A DNA stretch of 64,000 bases from an uncultured Gemmatimonadales bacterium (GTDB lineage Bacteria > Gemmatimonadota > Gemmatimonadetes > Longimicrobiales > RSA9): NCBI GenBank assembly GCA_963798845.1, contig CAWCUS010000004.1, positions 128,001 through 192,000 on the forward strand, in the 5' to 3' direction. How positions within the stretch are numbered: the stretch's first letter is position 1; every line of letters begins with the position of its first letter. Position numbers and translations under genes: made by a program. Of the stretch, positions 11,559-20,798 are shown in pieces. The notes under the pieces are model-generated. The model did no database searches and had not been told where the DNA came from. It saw only the letters and a program-made list of their open reading frames with translations.

Positions 11559-11749
11559 ATGAAGCGCACGTGGACGATCATCGGTGTGGACGACGTGGTT
11601 GGCAGCTTCAAATGGTACCAGGCCCTGTTCGGCCAGACGGCTACGCTTCCTGCGCATGCCGATTTCGGGCAGATCGTCGATTCAGGGAGTTCTCACTCCG
11701 AGATCCAGACGGGTACTTCGTCACGATCAGCGCGCTCAGTCCGGCATAG
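11559..11749 (+). pseudogene. VOC/glyoxalase family gene with internal deletion
   Basis: N-terminus MKRTWTIIGVDDV..SFKWYQALFG joined out of frame at ~11684 to the C-terminus REFSLRDPDGYFVTIS. Confidence 0.7.
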
Positions 11750-11803
11750 GGAGAAAGCACGGAGGGGCGCAGTGCCGTCAGGAAGCAGGAAAGGAGACTG
11801 GGA

Positions 11804-12415
11804 ATGGGACGGATCGTCGTGATGAACCACCTGACCCTCGATGGTGTGATGCAGGGGCCGGGTCGGGTTGACGAAGACACCCGAGGCGGATTTGCACACG
11901 GTGGGTGGGGCAGCCGCTCCGCGTCACCGGATGACTCTGCGGCCAAGGCAATGGGTGAGCGGATGGCCGCAGGCGGCGGCCTGAGGGGATGGCTGTTCGG
12001 GCGGCGGACGTACGAGGACCTGCTGGCGACTTGGAACGCCAGGGGAGGCCCGTTCAAGGACGGGCTCAACAACACACCCAAGTATGTCGCTTCGACCACG
12101 CTGAGCGAACCCCTCCCCTGGCCCAGTTCGACGCTCCTGGGCGGGGACGTAGCCGAGGCCGTCGCCGCCCTCAAAGGTCAGGTCGACGGCGTATTGGCGA
12201 TCATGGGCAGCGGTGAGCTGATTGGCTCCCTGATGGCTACTGACCTGATCGACGAGTACCTGCTGTTCATCCACCCCCTCATCTTGGGCGCCGGGCGGCG
12301 TTTGTTCGCGGATGGCACGCCCCCACGCCCGCTTCGGCTCGTCGGCGCGACGACAGGGGCGACTGGCCTCATCGTCGCCACGTACGAGCCGGCGCCGACG
12401 GGACAAGGAACCTGA
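11804..12415 (+). CDS. Dihydrofolate reductase / RibD C-terminal family protein
   Basis: LTLDGVMQGPG, LFGRRTYE, PKYVAS, GSGELI, IDEY.LFIHPLILGAGRRLF; RBS AAGGAG. Confidence 0.9.
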   Translation: MGRIVVMNHLTLDGVMQGPGRVDEDTRGGFAHGGWGSRSASPDDSAAKAMGERMAAGGGLRGWLFGRRTYEDLLATWNARGGPFKDGLNNTPKYVASTTLSEPLPWPSSTLLGGDVAEAVAALKGQVDGVLAIMGSGELIGSLMATDLIDEYLLFIHPLILGAGRRLFADGTPPRPLRLVGATTGATGLIVATYEPAPTGQGT

Positions 12416-12416
12416 C

Positions 12417-12641
12417 ATGAGCAGCACCCGCTCGGAACCGGTGTTCGGCCCTCCGCCGTCCCGCGGCGTCCCCTGGCCTGAACTGGAAGGGAAGCCCGAG
12501 CAGTGTGAGCCTGGGCCGGGTTCCTTCTGGTGGTCGATCCTCGGAATGGCCCCGAAGCGAGAAAGGGGACATCGCCCGCTGGAGTACTCCGTCCTGGTCG
12601 TGTTCGTGGTCTACACCGTCCTCCTCTTCTTCGACCTCTGA
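12417..12641 (+). CDS. Small hypothetical membrane protein
   Basis: ATG 1 nt after the previous stop; hydrophobic C-terminus. Confidence 0.4.
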   Translation: MSSTRSEPVFGPPPSRGVPWPELEGKPEQCEPGPGSFWWSILGMAPKRERGHRPLEYSVLVVFVVYTVLLFFDL

Positions 12642-12856
12642 GGGGAAGGCGTGTTCGGGCGCGGGTCAGCGGACCCGACTCGGCTTGATGCCTCGCGGTC
12701 CCGGATCGGCGACGTGGCGTGGCATTCGAGCTTGTGTCCGGAGGCCGGCGGCCATCAGCTCAACGACGACCTGGCGGAGGTCGCGGCGGCGATCAGGTCG
12801 ATCGCCGCGCCGCGAGAGCCCGCCCGCGGACGGCCGCCACGGAGGCAACGCCCGGG

Positions 12857-13354
12857 ATGATCGATCCGGCCCTGCTGGAACCCGGGGCGCGCCGCTTCGC
12901 GGAGCTGCTTTTCGCCGCCTTCCCCTCGTGGGCGGACCTGGCGTCCGCGGCGAAGACGTTCGAGCCGGGCAGCCACGCCGTGGGCCTAAGCGTGCAGGTG
13001 CCTTCACCGGTGGCGGCGGCCGGGCGCGATCTCCGCATCTGGGCGTGCGGGGACACGGTCAGCGTCTTCTGGTGCGGGGTCGACCACGACCTGATCTGGA
13101 GCGGCCTGGGCGAGGAGGACGAGCTGTTCCGCCACGCCATCGACTTCGTGCGGCGCGTCCTCGAGGAGGAGGAGGTGGTGGCCTTCACGCGCCGGCGGTT
13201 CCTCTGGAAGAGCGGGTCCCTGGGCGCCTTCGTGAGCCGCGCGGAGCTGGACGGCCGACGCGGGCGGCGCGCCGTCGCCGTCCGCTCCTGGCGCGGGACC
13301 TTCGATCGTGGTGCAGCGGAGGCACGTCGAGGACGAAGAGACGATCATCCGTGA
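12857..13354 (+). CDS. Hypothetical protein
   Basis: GGAGG upstream of ATG; protein-like composition with GC3 bias. Confidence 0.55.
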   Translation: MIDPALLEPGARRFAELLFAAFPSWADLASAAKTFEPGSHAVGLSVQVPSPVAAAGRDLRIWACGDTVSVFWCGVDHDLIWSGLGEEDELFRHAIDFVRRVLEEEEVVAFTRRRFLWKSGSLGAFVSRAELDGRRGRRAVAVRSWRGTFDRGAAEARRGRRDDHP

Positions 13355-13405
13355 TGCCCCCTTTCCCGCCCGCCGGCGCCCTCGCCCTGGGCTGGCGCCG
13401 CCGTA

Positions 13406-13490
13406 GTGCCTGCCAAGGTCGCCGAGTTCTACGGTGTCGCGATCCACATCTACAGTCGGGGACATCCTCGCACCCTTTTCCATGCGCTGC
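13406..13490 (+). pseudogene. N-terminal remnant resembling DUF4160 (TA-associated) proteins
   Basis: MPAKVAEFYGVAIHIYSRGHPRTLFHA matches the MP.I..FYGI.I.MY..DH.PPHFHA pattern, then runs into the convergent gene. Confidence 0.45.
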
Positions 13491-13504
13491 GCAGGCCAGC
13501 CGGC

Positions 13505-15073
13505 TCACCTGAGCATTTCCGCGATCTCCGGGCGCGCCGCCTGGATCCGGTCGTAGTCCAGCTCCAGGCCGTACGGCGTCAGGACCGTCGCGAGGAAGTC
13601 GTAGGTGGGGCGCAGGGCCTCGAATGGGAGGGTGACCACGTCCAGCGGCGTCGCCCCCTGGTCGTTGCGGAGGCTCCGGTCGGCGCCGGCGTCCAGGAGC
13701 GCCCGGACGATGGCGGGGTGGGCGAAGAACGCGGCCGCCATGAGCGGCGTGGAGCCGTCGTCGCCGGCGGCGTTGACGTCGGCGCCGGCGTCGATGAGCG
13801 CCCGGGCGACATCGGCGTGGCCGAACGTGGCGGCGGTGATCAGCGGTGTGGAGCCGCCCATGGGGTCGCGGGCGTCCAGGTCTGCGCCGGCGTCGATGTG
13901 GCGGCGGATGGCAGCCAGGTCGTCCCGGAGCGCGGCTTCGTGGATCCCCGGCCCCCGCGCGGCGGCGGGCGCCCCGGCGCGGCCGGCGGCGTCCGCGGCT
14001 GCTGCTGCGTGGTTGGCGGCTGCGTCGGCGTGGTCGCCAGCGGCGGTCGGGGCGGGGAGCCGGGCCAGGGCGTCGTCGAGCATGGCGACGAGCTGGTCGC
14101 GGGTGAAGGCGAAGGGCTGGTCGTGGTTGAGCTCCGCCATCTCCTGGAGCGCGCCCCGGATCGTCACTTCCGCCTCGCCCGCGTTGGGCACCACCATGTA
14201 GCGGTGCTTCGGGGCGTCGGAGGTGAAGAAGTCGAGTGCGGCCATGGCGACGTCGTCCGGCTCCGGGTAGCGGGACCTGTCTTCCTGTCCGGCGATCATG
14301 TCCAGCATGGAGCCGTAGCGCGACCCCTCGCCCGTGTACCCGCGCTCACGCATGCGGCGCACCATCGAGGCGACGATCCGCGACCTGTAGTTCCCGGGCT
14401 CCACGGCGGCCACCGCCACGCCGAAGCGCGCCAGCTCCGCCGCCAGACCGTCGGTGTACGCCTCCAGGCCGTGCTTGCTCATGCTGTAGGCCCCGCTCAG
14501 CGGCCCCGTGACGATCCCGGCGATGGAGCTGGTGTTCAGGATCCGCCCCCGGCTCTCGATGAGCAGGTCCGCGAACGCTTTCGTCACCCGGTACGGCCCC
14601 ATGAGGTTCACGTCGAGCTGCTGGTCCATGACGGGCTCCGGCATCTCGATCAGCGGCTCCATGGTCGCGATCCCGGCGTTGTTGGCGAGGCCGTACAGCC
14701 CGCGGCCCTGGTCGTCGACGAACGCCACCGCCGCGTCGATGTCGCGCTGGACTGTCACGTCCAGCCGCACGGCCGTCACGTTCGGCATGGCGTTCAGCCG
14801 CTCCATGTCTTCCGGCTTCCGTGCGCCCGCGTAGACGTGAAACCCGTTGCGCGACAGCACTTCCGTCATCTTGAGCCCGATGCCGGACGTGGCGCCGGTG
14901 ACGAGGATGGCGCGGGCGGGCTGCGTGGCCTGGGCCGCGGCCCGGGTCGGGGCGGCCGCGAAGGCGAGGGCGACGGCGAGGGTCGCGGCGAGGAGGGTGG
15001 CGAGGGTCGGGGCGAAAGCGGGGCGGGAAGGGGACGCGGCAGCGGACGGGGCTGCTCGGCTCGGGCTGGACAC
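13505..15073 (-). CDS. SDR oxidoreductase fused to ankyrin repeats, with signal-peptide-like N-terminus
   Basis: VTGATSGIG, NNAGI, YSMSK, VEPG; C-terminal GSTPLITAA / GSTPLMAAA / GATPLD ankyrin repeats; RBS AGGAG. Confidence 0.85.
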   Translation of the reverse strand: MSSPSRAAPSAAASPSRPAFAPTLATLLAATLAVALAFAAAPTRAAAQATQPARAILVTGATSGIGLKMTEVLSRNGFHVYAGARKPEDMERLNAMPNVTAVRLDVTVQRDIDAAVAFVDDQGRGLYGLANNAGIATMEPLIEMPEPVMDQQLDVNLMGPYRVTKAFADLLIESRGRILNTSSIAGIVTGPLSGAYSMSKHGLEAYTDGLAAELARFGVAVAAVEPGNYRSRIVASMVRRMRERGYTGEGSRYGSMLDMIAGQEDRSRYPEPDDVAMAALDFFTSDAPKHRYMVVPNAGEAEVTIRGALQEMAELNHDQPFAFTRDQLVAMLDDALARLPAPTAAGDHADAAANHAAAAADAAGRAGAPAAARGPGIHEAALRDDLAAIRRHIDAGADLDARDPMGGSTPLITAATFGHADVARALIDAGADVNAAGDDGSTPLMAAAFFAHPAIVRALLDAGADRSLRNDQGATPLDVVTLPFEALRPTYDFLATVLTPYGLELDYDRIQAARPEIAEMLR

Positions 15074-15198
15074 GATGCGTTCTCCTGTTCAGTGGGGGCG
15101 GCGGTCAGCGGCGCCACCGTTACGGGAGTCGGGAGCTCGACCTTCTACGCAGGCCGTCGGACGTCGGGATGCCAGCGGGGATCGGTGTCGCGGGCGGC

Positions 15199-15561
15199 TT
15201 ACCTCTTCTCCGCCGGCCGGTAGAGGATGACGTGGGCCCGCTCGAGCGTGACCAGGCCGCCGCCGATCATGCGCGCCAGCTCGGGCCGCACCTCCTCGAT
15301 CTTGTCCTCTGTGTCCACCACCTCCACCACGATGGGCAGGTCCATGGACAGGCGCAGGATGCGGTCGGTGTGGACCTTGGCGCTGGCGCCGAAGCCGGCG
15401 ATGCCGCGCAGCACCGTGCACCCGGCGAAGCCGCGCTCACGGAACATGGACACCAGCGCCTCGTAAAGCGGCCGCCCCTTGTGCGGACCCTCGGCGCAGC
15501 GGTCGCTCTCGCCGATGAAGATGCGCATGAGGGTGCGCTCGCCCTCGAATCGCTCGGTCAT
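15199..15561 (-). CDS. DUF190 (PII-like) protein
   Basis: LMRIFIGESD, AGCTVLRGIAGFG, DLPIVVEVVD, GGLVTLE; typical crcB neighbour. Confidence 0.9.
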   Translation of the reverse strand: MTERFEGERTLMRIFIGESDRCAEGPHKGRPLYEALVSMFRERGFAGCTVLRGIAGFGASAKVHTDRILRLSMDLPIVVEVVDTEDKIEEVRPELARMIGGGLVTLERAHVILYRPAEKR

Positions 15562-15563
15562 GG

Positions 15564-15947
15564 TCAACCCCTCGCCTGGAGGACGTACGCGGAGAGGAAC
15601 ACGCCCGCGTAGACCGAGGCCAGACCCAGGACCACGCTGCCCGCCGCGTACCCCGCCGCGCGCGGCCACGCGCCGTCCTCCAGCAGTGCCACGGTCTCGT
15701 AGCTGAACGTGCTGAACGTGGTGAACGCGCCCAGCATCCCCACGGTTACGAGCGCCCGCACCTCCGGCGCAAGGCGCACGGCTTCCAGGTAGCGCATGGC
15801 GAAGCCGATGAGCAGGCAGCCGAGCACGTTCACGACCATGGTGCCCGCGGGGAAGCCGAAGCCGGCCCGGTCCTGGACCCAGCCCGACACGCCATATCGT
15901 GCCAGCGCTCCGGCCGCACCGCCGAGCGCGATGAAGAGCAGCGTCAT
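15564..15947 (-). CDS. crcB: Fluoride efflux channel FluC/CrcB
   Basis: GGAAGALARY, FPAGTMVVNVLGC, GMLGAFTTFSTFSYE. Confidence 0.96.
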   Translation of the reverse strand: MTLLFIALGGAAGALARYGVSGWVQDRAGFGFPAGTMVVNVLGCLLIGFAMRYLEAVRLAPEVRALVTVGMLGAFTTFSTFSYETVALLEDGAWPRAAGYAAGSVVLGLASVYAGVFLSAYVLQARG

Positions 15948-15956
15948 CCGACCTCC

Positions 15957-15995
15957 AAAAAAAGCCTCCCGTCCGGCGACCGTGCCGGTGGGAGG
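15957..15995 (-). terminator. Intrinsic terminator, expression platform of the riboswitch
   Basis: Minus strand CCUCCC-ACCGG...CCGG-ACGGGAGG hairpin followed by C and U7; its 5' arm overlaps the aptamer 3' end. Confidence 0.75.
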
Positions 15996-16041
15996 AGTCA
16001 TCAGCGGCGCATGGCCGCGTTCCGGGCGAACTCCTTCGCCT
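15991..16041 (-). ncRNA. Fluoride (crcB) riboswitch aptamer
   Basis: Minus strand GGCGAAGGAGUUCGCC-CGGAAC-GCGGC(CAUGC)GCCGC-UGAUGACUCCU: P1, second stem and GGAGU/ACUCC pseudoknot; upstream of crcB. Confidence 0.9.
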
Positions 16042-16227
16042 CGCTCTGTGCCCGGAGGATGGCCAGGCGACCGTACGCTGGCAAGGGGCCGCGGCCCGGC
16101 CCGGGGGGCGCAGCCCCGGGCGGATGGTCGGCGCGGTTCTGGCCCTTCAGGCCGGGGACGGGGCATCTTCCGCCGAGGGGCGTTGCCCCGCCTCCGTCCA
16201 CAAACTGCTGGAAGCCGCGAGGGAGCC

Positions 16228-16923
16228 ATGCGGATCGGGAGTGTGCTGTTGCTGTCCTTGTTGGCTGCGGGTTGCGACGCGCCACGCCCCGCTGCCAGGC
16301 AGGCACCGGGCGAAATGGTGCGCCCGGCCACTCGCGATTCCGGCGTCTGGCCCGACACCGCCCGCGCGGCGCTGGTCCGGATGGGCGCGGAAGATCAGGC
16401 GGCGAGGGAGCGGCTGGTGGCGCTCATTCAGGAAGGCGCGTCGGTGGACAGCGCGGCGGCCCGGCGGGCGGTCGCCGCGCAGGATTCCGTGGATCACGGC
16501 AATACAGAGCGGTTGAAGGAGCTGGTCGCCTCGTTCGGTTGGCCGGGGAAGCCTGCCGCGGGCGACAGCGCGGCCGGGGCTGCGTTCCTCATCGTCCAGC
16601 ACGCCACGCACGACCCCGCCTTCCAGAAGCGCTATTTGTCGTGGCTGACCGGTGAGCACGCCGCCGGCCGCGCCTCCGGCGAGTCGGTCGCGCTGCTGAC
16701 CGACCGCACGCGCCAGGCGGATGGCGAGCTCCAGCTGTACGGTACCCAGCTCCGCCTGGAGGACGGTCGGCTCGTCCTGGATCCGATCGAGGACGCCGAC
16801 CACGTGGACGAGCGCCGCGCCGCCCTCGGCCTGCCGCCTCTGGCCGACTACGTCCGGATGGTCCGGGAGATGTACGGCGTGCCCTACGGCGCCGACGCCG
16901 ACAGCGCAGGAGGTGCACCGTGA
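16228..16923 (+). CDS. Lipoprotein with DUF6624-like domain
   Basis: Lipobox LAAGC; DQ..R, N..RLKELV..FGWPG, AFLIVQHA, LLTDR..Q.YGTQ, VDERRA.LGL. Confidence 0.75.
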   Translation: MRIGSVLLLSLLAAGCDAPRPAARQAPGEMVRPATRDSGVWPDTARAALVRMGAEDQAARERLVALIQEGASVDSAAARRAVAAQDSVDHGNTERLKELVASFGWPGKPAAGDSAAGAAFLIVQHATHDPAFQKRYLSWLTGEHAAGRASGESVALLTDRTRQADGELQLYGTQLRLEDGRLVLDPIEDADHVDERRAALGLPPLADYVRMVREMYGVPYGADADSAGGAP

Positions 16924-17246
16924 CCGGCGAGCTCCGCTACCACCACATCGGCATCCCGACCCCCGAGCGTCGCCCGGGCGAACGCGAGGTGCCCGGCCTC
17001 GACATCCACGTCTCCGGCTACGAGACCAGCGCGTTCGGCGTCGAGTGGATGCGGTTCGGTCCCGGATGCACGCTCCCGGAGCTCGTGCGGACCGTGCCGC
17101 ACGTCGCCTTCCAGGTGGACGACCTGGACGCGGCGCTCGAGGGGAAGGAAGTGATCATCCAGCCGAATTCGCCCTCGCCCGGCATCCGCGTCGCCTTCGT
17201 CGTCGAGAACGGCGCGCCTGTGGAGCTGCTCCAGATCGACGGGTGA
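16920..17246 (+). CDS. VOC-family protein
   Basis: YHHIGIPT, PHVAFQVDDLD, VAFV.ENGAPVELL. Confidence 0.75.
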   Translation: MTGELRYHHIGIPTPERRPGEREVPGLDIHVSGYETSAFGVEWMRFGPGCTLPELVRTVPHVAFQVDDLDAALEGKEVIIQPNSPSPGIRVAFVVENGAPVELLQIDG

Positions 17247-17424
17247 GGAGTGACCCCCCGGGACGGGCGGATTCTTCCGCCCGGGGGACAATCGAGGCGA
17301 TGGCGGTGTACAACAGCCGGAGCGTGCCGCCGCGGTTCCGCCGACCGGTGGCGCTCCGGTGCGGAGCGCTGGTGACCTGGACACGCGTGCCCCGCTGATC
17401 CCGGAAGAACGGAGGACCTCCATC

Positions 17425-17886
17425 ATGCGCGCATTCCAAACGCTTCCCGCCGTCGCCCTGGCCGTGCTCCTGACCGCCTGCTCCGATCCCGTGGCCCCGG
17501 ACACCGCGAAGTGGGTGTTCGGGAGCTGGCTCTGGGTCGAGTCCACCGGCGGGATCGCCGGCATCACCATCACGCCCGACACCGTGGGGTACGGGCAGCA
17601 GCTCGTCCTGACCTCGGACGGAGAGCTGTCCCTCTACCGGACGGGCCTGCCGGGGGGGCGCGCGCTCGTCAAGCGCACGGGATTCCACGTCACCCACGAG
17701 GAGAACGGCGACGTCCTGCACACGGACGAGCCCGTCTTCGCGGTTCGCGACCTGAAGCTGCTCGAGCCGTTCTACAGCGCCAACATCACCACCCGCCCGA
17801 GCAACGACCTCCTGGCGCTGGGCGAGGACTGCGCGGACTGTTTCGTGCACACGTTCACGCGCGACTACTCGTCGCTGCCGGACTGA
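17425..17886 (+). CDS. Hypothetical lipoprotein
   Basis: GGAGG RBS; lipobox LLTAC; GSWLWVESTGGIAG and C-terminal CADC. Confidence 0.7.
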   Translation: MRAFQTLPAVALAVLLTACSDPVAPDTAKWVFGSWLWVESTGGIAGITITPDTVGYGQQLVLTSDGELSLYRTGLPGGRALVKRTGFHVTHEENGDVLHTDEPVFAVRDLKLLEPFYSANITTRPSNDLLALGEDCADCFVHTFTRDYSSLPD

Positions 17887-17915
17887 CTGGCGAGCCCTCC
17901 GGGAGCCGAGGCCAC

Positions 17916-18290
17916 GTGGCGGAAGGCTGGCGCGCGTACCCCGCGGGCGACGCCGGGGAGTTCGAGATCCTGGTCGGGAAGGCCGCCCGGGACAACGACC
18001 GCCTCACGCTGCGCGAGGGGCGACCCACGGACCTGTGGCTCCACGCCGGCGGCCATGCCGGCAGCCACGTCCTGGTCCGTGCCGTGGAAGGGAAGACCGG
18101 CGACGTGCCGAAGGAGGTGGTCGAGCGCGCGGCCGCCCTGGCCGCCTGGCACTCCAAGGCGAGGAACGCCCGCGGCAAGGTCTCCGTCCACGTCTGCCGC
18201 GTGGCGGACGTGAGCAAGCGCCGCGGCGCGCCCCCGGGCGAGGTGGTGCTGCGGCGCTTCGACACGGTGAAAGCGTACCCCGCGGAGTGA
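17916..18290 (+). CDS. Standalone NFACT RNA-binding domain (DUF814) protein
   Basis: ILVGKAARDNDRLT, DLWLHA..AGSHV, AAALAAWHSKAR, PPGEV. Confidence 0.85.
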   Translation: MAEGWRAYPAGDAGEFEILVGKAARDNDRLTLREGRPTDLWLHAGGHAGSHVLVRAVEGKTGDVPKEVVERAAALAAWHSKARNARGKVSVHVCRVADVSKRRGAPPGEVVLRRFDTVKAYPAE

Positions 18291-18327
18291 CGTGGCCCCG
18301 TCTCTCCGCCCGCGCTACCTTCGCGCC

Positions 18328-18633
18328 ATGAGCCAAGCGAGCGAATCACCGGGCTACGTCCTGGTGGATATCAATGTGAAGGACGCCGAGAGCTACGAGC
18401 GCTACAAGGCCATGGCGCAGGCGTCGGTGGAAGCGTTCGGCGGACGCTACATCGTGCGCGGCGGGAGCGCGGAGGCCCTGGAAGGGGAGTGGCCCACGCA
18501 CCGGTTCGTGGTCCTGGAGTTCCCGAGCGTCGCGCGGGCCAGGGAATGGTGGGGGTCGGATACCTACGCCCCGGCCAGGGCGCTGAGGCAGGCCAGCGCG
18601 GACAGCCGCATGCTGCTGGTGGAGGGCGTTTGA
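18328..18633 (+). CDS. DUF1330 domain protein
   Basis: FGGRYIVRGG..LEG, VVLEFPS, W..S..Y..AR.LR, LVEG. Confidence 0.9.
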   Translation: MSQASESPGYVLVDINVKDAESYERYKAMAQASVEAFGGRYIVRGGSAEALEGEWPTHRFVVLEFPSVARAREWWGSDTYAPARALRQASADSRMLLVEGV

Positions 18634-18832
18634 CGACGTGAGCGACCCGGCCTTCGCCGTGCTCCGGCTGGAGCGAGAGGGTGGGGACACCATGGGCTAC
18701 GCCTAGCTGGACGACCTCGAGCGGGATGAGCGCTGGCTCCTCACACTGCGCCGCATCCGCAGCTGACGCCCGCGCTCCGGCCCTGAGTCCGCGGCTCCCG
18801 CTGAAGATGCGGCTCGGCCCCGGCCCGCGCGC

Positions 18833-19927
18833 TCAGCCGGACGTGAGCGCCACGAACGGCTTCGGCGCCGTGAGCCCGTGCTCGGCCGCGAGCTGACCGC
18901 ACGCCGCCGCGATGTCCTGACCGCGCGAAGCCCGGATCGTGGCGTTGACCCCGCGGGTCTCGAGCCGGTCGGCGAACGCGCGCAGCCGCTGCGCCGGCGA
19001 CGCGCTCCACCCGGTGCCCGGGACCGGGTTGAACGGGATCAGGTTGACGTGGGCGTGGAACTCCCGGGCGATGGACGCCAGCGGGTCGGCGAGCTCCGGG
19101 TCGTCGTTGACGCCGTCGATCATGACGTACTCGAACGTGATCCGGCGGCCACCCGCGCTCTCGAAGCGGCGCAGCGCCTCCAGCAGCTCGGGGATCGGGT
19201 ACTTCTTCTCCACCGGCACGAGCTTCTGCCGCAGCTCGTGGGTGGGGGCGTGCAGGCTCACGGCCAGCTTGAACTGCTCCGGCCTCGCCGCCAGCGCATC
19301 GATCCCCGGCACGATCCCCACTGTGGAAACCGTGATCCGCCGCGCGCCCACGTCGTACGCCTCGTTCAGGAGCGTCAGGGCGTCGAGCACGGCGCTCGTG
19401 TTCATGAGCGGCTCGCCCATGCCCATGAACACGATGTTCGTGATCGCGCCCCGGCCGTTGTCCGCCGCCCACCGCCTCGCGCCGCGGTACTGTGCGACGA
19501 TCTCGCCCGTGGTCATGTTGCGCCGATAGCCGGACCACCCGGTCGCGCAGAAGGTGCACGCCATGGCACACCCCGCCTGGCTGGAAAGGCACAGGGTGAG
19601 GCGATCGGGCGCCGGGATCAGGACGCTCTCCACGAGCTCCCCATCGTCGAGCCGCCAGAGGTGCTTCGTGGTGCCGTCACGCGCGACCCGGGTGCGGACG
19701 AGAGCGGGGGCGGAAAGCGCGAACGCCTCCGCGAGCGCGGCCCGTTCCTCGGTGGTCAGCTCGGTCATCTCGTCGAACGAGAGCGCCACCTTGTCATAGA
19801 GCCAGGAGACCGCCTGCCGTGCGCGGTAGGGGCGAACTCCCCGGCGCTCGAAGTGGGCCTGGAGGGCGGCGAGGGCATGGTCGGGGACCAGGCCGATGAG
19901 GTCGGGACGTTCGGTTGTCGCAGTCAT
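18833..19927 (-). CDS. rlmN: 23S rRNA/tRNA m2A methyltransferase RlmN (radical SAM)
   Basis: CLSSQAGCAMACTFCATG, FMGMGEPL, ITVSTVG, SLHAP, DIAAACGQL. Confidence 0.96.
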   Translation of the reverse strand: MTATTERPDLIGLVPDHALAALQAHFERRGVRPYRARQAVSWLYDKVALSFDEMTELTTEERAALAEAFALSAPALVRTRVARDGTTKHLWRLDDGELVESVLIPAPDRLTLCLSSQAGCAMACTFCATGWSGYRRNMTTGEIVAQYRGARRWAADNGRGAITNIVFMGMGEPLMNTSAVLDALTLLNEAYDVGARRITVSTVGIVPGIDALAARPEQFKLAVSLHAPTHELRQKLVPVEKKYPIPELLEALRRFESAGGRRITFEYVMIDGVNDDPELADPLASIAREFHAHVNLIPFNPVPGTGWSASPAQRLRAFADRLETRGVNATIRASRGQDIAAACGQLAAEHGLTAPKPFVALTSG

Positions 19928-19974
19928 GGGGCCCGGTTAACTTAGGCGGATTCATTGGTCCGTTGTAGCCCCAG

Positions 19975-20445
19975 GTGCAAACGGTGGTCCGTCTAACCGA
20001 CCTGCTGACGTCCGCACGTGTGAAAGTGCCGCTCGAGGCCAAGACGAAGGACGCGCTCCTCGCCGAGCTCGTGGACGTGCTGGTCCAGGACCAGTGCGTC
20101 GGCGATGGAGGCGAGGTGCTGCGCGTCGTGCGCGAACGGGAAGCGGTGCTGTCGACCGGGATCGGCAACGGGATCGCGATCCCGCACGGCCGCTCGGGCG
20201 CGTGCCACAGCCTGTCCCTGGCCGCCGGCGTGACGCGGGACCCGGTGGCATACGATGCGCTCGACGGGGCGCCGGTGCGGCTGGTGTTCCTGCTCGTGGG
20301 TCCGGAGGACGAGGCGGGACCGCACATCAAGGCGCTGAGCCGCATCTCCCGGCTGGTTCGCCAGCCGCAGCTGCGCGCGAGCCTGGTCGCGGCGACCAAC
20401 GAGCAGCAGTTCCTCCAGGCGCTGAGGGAGGCCGAGGCCGCGTGA
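19975..20445 (+). CDS. PTS IIA domain protein (fructose/Ntr type)
   Basis: ERE..LSTGIGNGIAIPHG, DG.PVRLVFLL, HIKALSRISRL. Confidence 0.9.
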   Translation: MQTVVRLTDLLTSARVKVPLEAKTKDALLAELVDVLVQDQCVGDGGEVLRVVREREAVLSTGIGNGIAIPHGRSGACHSLSLAAGVTRDPVAYDALDGAPVRLVFLLVGPEDEAGPHIKALSRISRLVRQPQLRASLVAATNEQQFLQALREAEAA

Positions 20446-20798
20446 CGCGGACCGTCGCGGCCTTCCTGCCGCTGGCCCTCTGGGCCGCGGCGGTGCTCTT
20501 CATAGGCGGGCTGGAGATCCATACGGCGTCGCTTCCGTCCGGCTCGGACAAGGCGGCGCATTTTCTCATGTACGGCGTCGGCGGGGCGCTCGCCGCGTGG
20601 GCGGCGCGAGGGCGGGGGCGCGGCGTGGCCGCGGCCTGCTTCCTGGCGGTGGTGCTCACGGGAGCGCTGGACGAGCTGCACCAGCGCGCGGTCCCGTTTC
20701 GCCAATCCGACGTACGGGACTGGGCGGCCGACGTGGCGGGGGCGGGGGTGTTCCTGCTGGCCACCGCGAGGCTGCTGGGAAGGGGACGAAGGGGATGA
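20442..20798 (+). CDS. VanZ family membrane protein
   Basis: DKAAHFLMYG, DELHQ..VPFR, DW.AD..G. Confidence 0.85.
   Translation: MTRTVAAFLPLALWAAAVLFIGGLEIHTASLPSGSDKAAHFLMYGVGGALAAWAARGRGRGVAAACFLAVVLTGALDELHQRAVPFRQSDVRDWAADVAGAGVFLLATARLLGRGRRG

Noticed and set aside
10800..13400. Integron cassette array (small co-oriented accessory genes)
   Set aside because: No attC-like RYYYAAC...GTTRRRY boundaries and no integrase seen
18638..18766. Short ORF with in-frame TAG (MSDPAFAVLRLE...GYA*LDDLE...) as stop-codon readthrough
   Set aside because: Too short, no recognisable family and no recoding machinery in view; more likely a remnant or chance
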